From NCBI RefSeq assembly GCF_000092105.1, contig NC_014148.1, positions 4,170,001 to 4,202,000 on the forward strand: a DNA stretch of 32,000 nucleotides, in the 5' to 3' direction. Below are positions 8,623 to 16,307 of this stretch, in pieces. The notes beneath the pieces were generated by a model, which saw only the letters and a list, made by a program, of their open reading frames with translations, was not told the origin of the DNA and did no database searches. Source of the DNA: Planctopirus limnophila DSM 3776. GTDB taxonomy: Bacteria > Planctomycetota > Planctomycetia > Planctomycetales > Planctomycetaceae. Within the stretch, counting starts at the first letter, position 1; each line of letters opens with the position of its first letter. The translations under genes and the position numbers were made by a program.

Positions 8623-8673
8623 ATATACCTACTATATATAAATGTATATACGCTATAATAGTTTACAAAACAC

Positions 8674-10347
8674 CTACTCATCTGTCACGCAGCCTTCGCT
8701 CGCGTTTTTCACGTTCTTAATATACTTATATAATGTGCCGCGGGTGGCGAGGTAGGGTGGGGCGACGAAGGCGGCTTTGCGGGCCTGGTAGTCGGCTTCT
8801 GTCCAATCGACGTCGATGCTGTTTTTCTCGGCGTCGATGGTAATGATGTCGCCGTTTTTCACGAGGGCGATCGGGCCCCCTTCCTGGGCTTCGGGTGTCA
8901 CGTGGCCGACGATGAATCCGTGTGATCCACCACTGAAGCGGCCGTCGGTCAGCAGTGCGACATCACTCCCTAAACCGGCTCCCATAATGGCGGAGGTCGG
9001 GGTGAGCATTTCGGGAAGACCTGGCCCGCCCTTCGGCCCTTCGTAGCGGATGATGATCACATCACCCTTCTGAATCTCGTTGTTTTCCAGCCCCTTGAGC
9101 ATCGCTTCTTCCTGATCGTAGCAGCGAGCGGGGCCTTTGAAGACGAGCCCTTCTTTACCAGTGATCTTGGCGACAGCCCCGTCCGGGCAGAAGTTGCCGC
9201 GCATAATGCGGATGTGGCCAGTCTCTTTGATGGGTGTCTCAATTGGCACAATCACGCGCTGGCCTTCCGCCAGACCGGGGAGTGGCTCCAGGTTTTCGGC
9301 CAAGGTCTTGCCAGTCACCGTCAGGCAACTGCCATCCAGCAAGCCTTTTTCGAGCAGATATTTGAGGACCGCGGGAGTTCCGCCCACGTTGTGCAGGTCT
9401 TCCATGACGTATTTACCACTCGGTTTGAGATCAGCGATGAAGGGCACGCGATCTGAAACCTTCTGGAAGTCGTCGATGGTGAGCGAGACGCCAATCGCGC
9501 GAGCCATGGCAATCAAGTGGAGGACGGCGTTCGTTGAACCCCCGGTGGCCATGATGGTCACCATGGCATTCTCGAAGGCGGCTCGCGTCATGATATCTGA
9601 GGGCTTGATATCCTTTTCGAGCAAAGTGCGAATAGCCTTGCCTGCGGCGAGGCATTCTCCCATTTTGAGAGGATCTTCCGCCGGGATCGATGAACTGTAG
9701 GGTAATGACATTCCCAAAGCTTCGATCGCACTGGCCATCGTATTCGCGGTGTACATGCCGCCGCAGGCACCGGCACCGGGACAGGCATGTTCGATGACTT
9801 CCTGCCGCTCTTCGTCGCTCAGCTTACCAGCGAGGTATTCGCCATAAACCTGGAAGGCCGAGACAATATCGAGCTTGGGATGTCGCGGAGTACAACCTGC
9901 CCGGATGGTGCCGCCGTAAACCATGAGTGATGGGCGGTTGAGTCGAGCCATGGCCATGATGCAGCCAGGCATGTTTTTATCGCAACCGGGAAGCGAAATG
10001 TTGGCGTCGTACCACTGGGCCGACATGACCGTTTCGATGCTGTCGGCAATCAGATCGCGCGACTGCAGCGAGAACGACATCCCATTGGTGCCCATCGAGA
10101 TGCCATCGGAAACGCCAATGGTGTTGAATCTCATGCCCACGAGGCCGGCGGCTACGACGCCCTCTTTCACCTTGTCGGCCAGCTTATTGAGGTGCATGTT
10201 GCACGGGTTGCCATCGTACCACACACTCGAAATGCCAACCTGGGCTTTATCCATATCTTCGCGGCTCATGCCTGTGGCGTAGAGCATGGCTTGAGAGGCA
10301 CCTTGCGAGCGTGGCTGGGTGATTCGTGACGAGTACTTGTTGAGCAT
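8674..10347 (-). CDS. ilvD: Dihydroxy-acid dehydratase
   Basis: IlvD/Edd family signatures [15 protein letters not shown] and [24 protein letters not shown]. The N-terminus [21 protein letters not shown] and the 557-aa length are typical. Confidence 0.95.
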   Translation of the reverse strand: MLNKYSSRITQPRSQGASQAMLYATGMSREDMDKAQVGISSVWYDGNPCNMHLNKLADKVKEGVVAAGLVGMRFNTIGVSDGISMGTNGMSFSLQSRDLIADSIETVMSAQWYDANISLPGCDKNMPGCIMAMARLNRPSLMVYGGTIRAGCTPRHPKLDIVSAFQVYGEYLAGKLSDEERQEVIEHACPGAGACGGMYTANTMASAIEALGMSLPYSSSIPAEDPLKMGECLAAGKAIRTLLEKDIKPSDIMTRAAFENAMVTIMATGGSTNAVLHLIAMARAIGVSLTIDDFQKVSDRVPFIADLKPSGKYVMEDLHNVGGTPAVLKYLLEKGLLDGSCLTVTGKTLAENLEPLPGLAEGQRVIVPIETPIKETGHIRIMRGNFCPDGAVAKITGKEGLVFKGPARCYDQEEAMLKGLENNEIQKGDVIIIRYEGPKGGPGLPEMLTPTSAIMGAGLGSDVALLTDGRFSGGSHGFIVGHVTPEAQEGGPIALVKNGDIITIDAEKNSIDVDWTEADYQARKAAFVAPPYLATRGTLYKYIKNVKNASEGCVTDE

Positions 10348-10409
10348 GGGATAACCGTTAATTCATCTGGAGATCGTGAGGAAGTGGAAACAATACCGGC
10401 TGTCATCAA

Positions 10410-10697
10410 CTATTGAACAAGGCCGCTGGGGTGAGGCACGCGGTCGACTCTGGGTAGCACGCGAGGTACATAAATGGTCGTATAGGCTTCGGCAAGGCGA
10501 TGGGCATCCAGGGCGGTTTGAGATTCCCAGTGTTCATTGAGGATGAAAACTTTCGAGTCGTTCTTCGACTGATACACTTCGAATCTGAGGCAGCCGGGCT
10601 CGGCTCGTGAAAGCTCGCCCTGCTTCTGGAGCAACTGGCGGATCTCGGGAACATCTGCGGCTTCGCGGACTGTCAGAAGAACATTGACGTAAATCAT
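10410..10697 (-). CDS. Antibiotic-biosynthesis-monooxygenase (ABM) domain protein, putative quinol monooxygenase-like
   Basis: 95-aa ferredoxin-like ABM pattern: MIYVNVLLTVRE...GCLRFEVYQSKNDSKVFILNEHWESQTALDAHRL. Confidence 0.7.
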   Translation of the reverse strand: MIYVNVLLTVREAADVPEIRQLLQKQGELSRAEPGCLRFEVYQSKNDSKVFILNEHWESQTALDAHRLAEAYTTIYVPRVLPRVDRVPHPSGLVQ

Positions 10698-11120
10698 GCT
10701 AACTCCGCCGAATAATCATGGGTGACTGAGAGCTGGCCGACAGGAGCAACCGTCTGGCTGGAAGTCCTGAGGCACTCCATCGCTAAAAGTTCGTGGAATG
10801 TAGCATAACGGCCGTCTTTGTGTTTCGCCGCCACTGTGACGAAGATGAGTATGTGTAAATTAGTACACACTGGCTGTGCTGCGGCTTCAAAACGATGCGA
10901 CAATGCGAGAAATTCTGCGGCGTGGACCGGTCAATGATCTGCCTTTGTTCATCATTGTGGCTGAATGCGATTTGACTTGGCAGAGACCGACATCATAATG
11001 ATTGCGCACATCTACGTTTTGGAATCAAAACGCACAGAGTAACAATGCTTGTTGATCTAAGTGATACACTGACGAGTCTTCGGGATTCTGGGTGCAAAAG
11101 ATAGACAGAGAGAAACACAT

Positions 11121-13109
11121 ATGGCCGCTGGCTGGTTGTCTCGAAATGAGTTTCGTCAGGCCGCTGAGTTCCCTGATCTGCCGGAATTCTCCGTGTGGCA
11201 GCAGGAGGTCTTTCAGTTACTTCCCCGGGCGACGTCCATCGATGCATTCGGGCGGGAGGTCGCGGCACGACTGGCTGGCCTGCTGGGGGTCAGCTATGTC
11301 GCCATCTGGCAAAGATCACCTGCCTGGGCCTCGATGGTTCAATACGGCCGACTGGCCAACGACGATCTGCCCCAGAGCCTGATGATCGAAGCACTCGACC
11401 GGGATGCAGCGACGATCGGTGTTAAAGCCAGTGGAAGCTGTCTCGTCGCCCCCTTGCCTCAGGAAGATGGGCTCTCTTCATTGGGGACGGCTGTCCTTGT
11501 GATCCACGGTAAGAACCTGCATGACAAGCAGTTGCCCTCCGCGATGTTCGCAGCTCAAACGTTCGCGACAGCGCTGGCAGTGTGCCAGAAGACGATCAAG
11601 GCACAAGAGCGAGCCGAAAAGCTACGCGAGATTCTCAAACTGGCTGCACAACTGGCCAATGAGCAACAGACAGAAAAACTTCTGACAAGAATTGCCGAGG
11701 AAGCGACCCGCCTGCTCGACTGTGATCGCGCCAGCATTTTCATCTGGGATCGTGAACATCACGAAGTGATTGCCTGCCCTGCACTGGGTGTCGAAGGGGG
11801 CTCACTCCGACTTTCTGACAAAGTGGGTGTCGTGGGAGAAGTCATTGCCAAGGTGCAGTTGATTCGCGTGGACGATGCCTACGCCGACCCGCGATTTCAT
11901 CGCAAAGTCGATGCTTCCAGTGGCTACAAGACCAGCAATCTCCTCTGCGGCCCCTTACGCGATCTCGACGGCAAAGTTCTCGGTGCCTTTGAAGTTATTA
12001 ATCATCGCCAGGGCCCCTTTTCGCAGGAAGATGAGATCACACTTCTCGACCTGTGCATTCAGATTGCCGCTGCCCTGCAGAACACCAGAGAACGCGAACT
12101 GCTCGTGACATCGAATCGTCAACTGACCGAGCAGGTCTCGCGTGGGGTCAACATCGTTGGCGAAAGCCCGGCTATCGTCGCTATGCGGAGCACCATTCGC
12201 CGTCTCGCGGGAACCGATCTTCCTGTCCTGATTCTCGGAGAAAGCGGCACGGGGAAAGAAGTCGTGGCTTCCTCACTGCATTACCAGGGATCGCGGGCTG
12301 ACCGGCCGTTTATTGCTGTGAATTGTGCAGCTCTCACGGAAACACTTCTCGAAAGCGAACTCTTCGGGCATGAGCGTGGGTCGTTCACGGATGCCCACGA
12401 AATGCGCCGCGGTAAGTTTGAACTCGCGGAAGGGGGAACCATCTTTCTCGATGAAATTGGTGATCTGAGTGCGGGTGGTCAGGCCAAACTCTTGCGTGTT
12501 CTGGAGCAGAAAGTGATCACACGCGTGGGTGGTTCGCAGACGATTCCGATTAATGCGCGTGTCATTGCCGCCACGAATGCCCGGTTGGCCGAAGCTGTGC
12601 GTGCAAAGAAGTTTCGCGAAGACCTCTACTTCCGCTTAAATGTTGTCACATTAGAAATCCCGCCGTTGCGTGAGCGAGCGGACGATGTTCTGCCTTTGGC
12701 CGAGTACTTTCTCGAACAGTTTGCGGTGCAGGCCCGCCGCGGGAAGATGCATCTTTCGGCTGAAGCCAGGCGCCGCCTGCAATCGCATGCCTGGCCCGGC
12801 AACGTGCGTGAGCTGCGGAATCTGATGGAACGCGTGGCCTTTCTGGCACCGGCTGAGCGGATTGAAGTCGAAGATCTGGCCTTCATTCTCAGCCCTGAGC
12901 GCGACAGTTTTCATGAGCCCTCGCTCGATATGGGTCTCAGTGAGGCGACGAACTCCTTTCAGCAGGAATACATCCGCCGGGCGATCAAGCGGGTGCGCAA
13001 CAACATGAGCGAAGCGGCGAGGCTATTAGGCCTGCACCGCTCGAATCTTTACCGCAAAATGCGGCAGCTCGATATGGCGGAAGCGGGGGATGGGGAAGAG
13101 GAAGAGTAA
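11121..13109 (+). CDS. Sigma-54-dependent transcriptional activator (bacterial enhancer-binding protein) with GAF sensory domain(s) and a Fis-type HTH
   Basis: GAF segment: CDRASIFIWDREHHEVI...VDDAYADPRF...YKTSNLLCGPL. AAA+ core: Walker A GESGTGKE, sigma-54 contact loop ELFGHERGSFTDA (a GAFTGA variant), Walker B IFLDEIGDL, then RVIAATN and FREDLYFRLNV. C-terminal HTH: MSEAARLLGLHRSNLYRKMRQL. Confidence 0.9.
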   Translation: MAAGWLSRNEFRQAAEFPDLPEFSVWQQEVFQLLPRATSIDAFGREVAARLAGLLGVSYVAIWQRSPAWASMVQYGRLANDDLPQSLMIEALDRDAATIGVKASGSCLVAPLPQEDGLSSLGTAVLVIHGKNLHDKQLPSAMFAAQTFATALAVCQKTIKAQERAEKLREILKLAAQLANEQQTEKLLTRIAEEATRLLDCDRASIFIWDREHHEVIACPALGVEGGSLRLSDKVGVVGEVIAKVQLIRVDDAYADPRFHRKVDASSGYKTSNLLCGPLRDLDGKVLGAFEVINHRQGPFSQEDEITLLDLCIQIAAALQNTRERELLVTSNRQLTEQVSRGVNIVGESPAIVAMRSTIRRLAGTDLPVLILGESGTGKEVVASSLHYQGSRADRPFIAVNCAALTETLLESELFGHERGSFTDAHEMRRGKFELAEGGTIFLDEIGDLSAGGQAKLLRVLEQKVITRVGGSQTIPINARVIAATNARLAEAVRAKKFREDLYFRLNVVTLEIPPLRERADDVLPLAEYFLEQFAVQARRGKMHLSAEARRRLQSHAWPGNVRELRNLMERVAFLAPAERIEVEDLAFILSPERDSFHEPSLDMGLSEATNSFQQEYIRRAIKRVRNNMSEAARLLGLHRSNLYRKMRQLDMAEAGDGEEEE

Positions 13110-13174
13110 CCAAATTAATGATAGAACAAATTCTGCAAGCCTCCTTTAACAATTTATAAAGATCGTCAACTGCA

Positions 13175-14266
13175 ATGGCTTACTTCACAGACCTCTTTAC
13201 CGTTAAGACCTACGAAGCGTTCCTGAATTCACCACGTGAGTTTTCTGGATTTCGCGAATCACAGCAAAGGATGGCAGATCGACTAAAGCCCGGGGATAAA
13301 CTCCTCTGCTATGTCAACGGTCTATCGCGGTGGGCTGCAGTGCTTGAGGTTTCGGATAAGGCCTTTATCGACCGCACCCCTTTGTTCGTCGAAGACAACG
13401 ACCCTTTCGCCGTACGAGTTCCCGTTAAGACCGTTTGCTCGCTTCCACTGGAAAATGCAATACCCATTCGCACGGAAAACATTTTCGATAATCTCAGTTT
13501 CACCAAGGGAAAGGGAGACGGATACTGGCTTGGGCCCCTTCGACGCAGCTTGCAACACATCTCCGATGCCGACGGGAAACTCTTGGAAGCTGCGCTGATG
13601 GAACAATTAGCCGTTAAGAGGACGTATCCCCTTGACCAGAAGAAGTTCGATCGACTTCAAGGAACGACCGTCAATCGTGCGGACGGAGCGGTGACCGTAA
13701 CAGTCCCCGACGATGAAACGGACGTCACCTCGAGCAAAGGAAAGTCGGATTGGGAATCAATCAGGATGCAGGCAGCGATTGCCAAGTTGGGCGAGGAGAT
13801 GGGTTTTCGTATCTGGCTTCCAAAAAACGACCGGAGTGCAGTCTGCGCAAACTGGAAACCTCAAGCAGGAACACTGATCGACGTTCTGCCACTGAACTAC
13901 GATAATGTGACAATCGCCACGATAGAGCAGATTGATGTCCTCTGGCTTAAGGGACGTTCAATCAGGAGAGCTTTCGAAGTCGAGCACACGACGGCGATCT
14001 ACTCGGGAATTTTGCGCATGGCCGATCTTTTGGCCTTACAGCCTAACATGAATATCTTGCTCCACATTGTTGCCCCTATGCTACGACAGGAGAAGGTTTT
14101 CACAGAGATTCGACGACCTGTCTTCTCCATGCTAGAAGGAAAGCCGCTCGTGGAACAATGCACTTTCATCGCGTACGAGGACTTGAAGGAAATCATGAAT
14201 CTTCCACACCTTAGCCATTTATCTGATTCCATCATCAGTGAGTACGAGGTCGTAGCGGTCGATTAG
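13175..14266 (+). CDS. Uncharacterised two-domain protein: PUA/EVE-like N-terminal domain plus restriction-endonuclease-like (PD-(D/E)xK-type) C-terminal domain; candidate modification-dependent nuclease
   Basis: Clean 363-aa ORF behind an AT-rich upstream region. The N-terminus (LKPGDKLLCYVNGLSRWAAVLEVSDKAFIDRTP...PFAVRVPVKTVCSLPLENAIPI) follows the EVE/ASCH beta-barrel pattern. The C-terminus (LGEEMGFRIWLP...IEQIDVLWLKGRSIRRAFEVEHTTAIYSGILRMADL) has a D-x13-E-x-E arrangement typical of restriction-endonuclease-fold cores. The domain calls are by eye only. Confidence 0.5.
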   Translation: MAYFTDLFTVKTYEAFLNSPREFSGFRESQQRMADRLKPGDKLLCYVNGLSRWAAVLEVSDKAFIDRTPLFVEDNDPFAVRVPVKTVCSLPLENAIPIRTENIFDNLSFTKGKGDGYWLGPLRRSLQHISDADGKLLEAALMEQLAVKRTYPLDQKKFDRLQGTTVNRADGAVTVTVPDDETDVTSSKGKSDWESIRMQAAIAKLGEEMGFRIWLPKNDRSAVCANWKPQAGTLIDVLPLNYDNVTIATIEQIDVLWLKGRSIRRAFEVEHTTAIYSGILRMADLLALQPNMNILLHIVAPMLRQEKVFTEIRRPVFSMLEGKPLVEQCTFIAYEDLKEIMNLPHLSHLSDSIISEYEVVAVD

Positions 14267-14331
14267 TTGTAACTCGATCTCAGCTGCTTGGTTCAATACA
14301 TCGTTGAAATGCAGAAGCGATGAATGGGACT

Positions 14332-14368
14332 TTGAAGACTGCCAGCCGAGTTGATGCTCAGTCTTCAA
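14332..14368 (+). terminator. Possible stem-loop downstream of the 13175..14266 CDS
   Basis: TTGAAGACTG (14332-14341) and CAGTCTTCAA (14359-14368) form a perfect 10-bp stem with a 17-nt loop, 65 nt after the stop. No U-tract follows, so this is weak as an intrinsic terminator. Confidence 0.3.
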
Positions 14369-14856
14369 TACAGATGAGAGCAGGAGCTTTAATCAAACTA
14401 CAAGTGACCGCGAGGGGAAATCATCGTCGTTTGTTGAAGTCAGCGCAACAGGGCGTGATAGGGTGAAGGCTTTCGTTTGAGCGCGCCTCATGGTTGGGGT
14501 CGAAAGACTCCACTTGTGAATCCGGACAGAGAGTGCTTCGCCTGGGCTCGGTCAGGGCCTCTTGCCGGGGTGATGTGACAGTCGCTGCCGGTTGGAGTGC
14601 TGCGTTCGCGCAGTGCTTCACTCGAATTCGAGACGTTTGTGTGCGGTTGTTCGGCTTTCGGTGATCACGATCACTTCAGATGCATCATGATTGCCAAGGT
14701 GACAACAATCGCCTGGGTGAGATCCAACCCGCAACGGCTTTCCGCCACTTTTCAGGGCCCTTCTTTCGAGGGGAACCTGGTGATGGGATGTTGCGCGGGC
14801 TCTGACACGAACCGGGACATTTTCAAGACGCCCTCAGGCTGCTGGTCACAGTGGTC

Positions 14857-14948
14857 TGGGGGTGTTTTTTGTTGGGGGTTGGGTATTTGGTGTTTGGTGT
14901 TTGTTGGTGAATGGTGGGGAGTTGAAGGTTGTTGGTTGGGAAGAGGTG
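14857..14948 (-). other. 92-nt cytosine-free G/T tract. On the minus-strand mRNA it is a G-free, C/A-rich 3' UTR and a candidate Rho-utilisation (rut) site
   Basis: Reading base by base from 14857 to 14948 I find no C: tgggggtgttttttgttgggggttgggtatttggtgtttggtgtttgttggtgaatggtggggagttgaaggttgttggttgggaagaggtg. It begins 13 nt after the TGA (14964-14962) of the DUF1501 gene. Confidence 0.45.
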
Positions 14949-14961
14949 CTTGGTTGACTTA

Positions 14962-16263
14962 TCACGCGAGTTCGAGGCCGCGCATTGTGCCGGTTGAGCT
15001 GGCGAAGTGGTCGGTTTCGAGGCCCATGCGCTGGAGCATGCTGACGAAGAGGTTGGGGAGCGGGTAGTTGCGGTCGCGGTCGAAGCCGAGGTGCTGGCCG
15101 TGACGGAATCCGCCACCCGCCAGAAGCGTGGGGAGATTGGTCGTCACATGGGTCGAGGCGTTCCCGAGGTTCGAGCCGTAGAGGATCATCGTGCGGTCGA
15201 GGAGCGGCTGGCCATCCTCCTTGGAATCCTTGAGCGAGGTGAAGAGGCCGTCCAAGAGCTTCATGTGCCACTCGTCGATCGCCTGGAGCTGGGCCAATTT
15301 CGCGGGGGATTTGCCGTGATGCGAAAGGTTGTGGTAGCCCTCGGTGATCTCGTGGTCCTCCAGCTCAAGAACCGGCGAGTTGACGCTGTCGAGCATCAAC
15401 GTGATCGAGCGGGTCGAATCGCTCTCGAAGGCGAGGCGGGCCATATCGTACATGAGCTTCGTCTTGGCCATGTATTCCGCCGGCGTGGAGATATCGGTCG
15501 GGACGGGGCCGGGCGCGGTGGGTTTGGGTTTGCGTTCCCACTCCTTACCAACGGCCAGCCGCTGTTCGAGATCGCGCACGCTGCCGAAGTATTGGTCGAG
15601 CCGCTCGCGATCTCGTGCGGGGAGCGACTTCTGGAGATCTTTGGCTTGTCCCGCGACGGCATCGAGAATGCTCTGCCCCTGCTCGAGTTTCCTCACCTGG
15701 GCCTCGATCTGCGCCGGCGACCCCTGGGTGAACATGGCACGGAAGATGGCAGAGGGCTTCTCCTCACAGGGGATCAGCACGCCGGATCCCGTCCAGGAGA
15801 GGCTGCGAAGGCCACCGGAGGTGTTGACGCCCAGCGTCAGCGAGGGAAAGCGGGTTTTGATGCCGATCTGCTCGGCGATGTACTGGTCGAGCGAGATCGT
15901 GTTGCGGAAGCCGCCGCTGGAGGGATGGGGGGCGGCAGTCAGAAAGCAGATGTCGGCGGGGTGGCCACCATCGACATCGGGATGGGAAACGCCGCTGAAG
16001 ACTGTGAAGTCGTTGCGATGGCGCTCGAGGAGCTTCAGGTAGGTCGAAGCCTCGTAGTCACGACCAGTCCCCTGGGGAAAGAAGTGCTCTGGAAGCAAGC
16101 CGAGGTTGTTGCAGATGCCGAGGAACCGCCGGGGTGTTTCCGACTCCCTGGGAGTCTTCGCCAAGGCGGGTGTCATCGATTCCAGGAGCGGCAGCGCCAA
16201 GCCGACACCGGCGGCTTGCAGAAACAGACGCCGTGGCACGGCCATTCCGGTAATGCGATTCAT
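14962..16263 (-). CDS. DUF1501 domain protein (sulfatase-fold, Tat-signal), planctomycete-typical
   Basis: Tat-like N-terminus [22 protein letters not shown]1501 motifs: [43 protein letters not shown]. Confidence 0.85.
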   Translation of the reverse strand: MNRITGMAVPRRLFLQAAGVGLALPLLESMTPALAKTPRESETPRRFLGICNNLGLLPEHFFPQGTGRDYEASTYLKLLERHRNDFTVFSGVSHPDVDGGHPADICFLTAAPHPSSGGFRNTISLDQYIAEQIGIKTRFPSLTLGVNTSGGLRSLSWTGSGVLIPCEEKPSAIFRAMFTQGSPAQIEAQVRKLEQGQSILDAVAGQAKDLQKSLPARDRERLDQYFGSVRDLEQRLAVGKEWERKPKPTAPGPVPTDISTPAEYMAKTKLMYDMARLAFESDSTRSITLMLDSVNSPVLELEDHEITEGYHNLSHHGKSPAKLAQLQAIDEWHMKLLDGLFTSLKDSKEDGQPLLDRTMILYGSNLGNASTHVTTNLPTLLAGGGFRHGQHLGFDRDRNYPLPNLFVSMLQRMGLETDHFASSTGTMRGLELA

Positions 16264-16307
16264 ATTGAGGAATCCTCGGTCGTGAACAAACTATCGCGAA
16301 ACATTAA

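Noticed and set aside
10694-10903. 69-aa minus-strand ORF upstream of the ABM gene
   Set aside because: It is short with no recognisable features, overlaps the ABM start codon region, and lies in the divergent promoter region of the sigma-54 activator gene. It is probably non-coding.
14621-14632. Perfect 12-bp palindrome CTCGAATTCGAG
   Set aside because: Several perfect 12-bp palindromes are expected by chance in 32 kb (about 32000/4^6). There is no supporting context.
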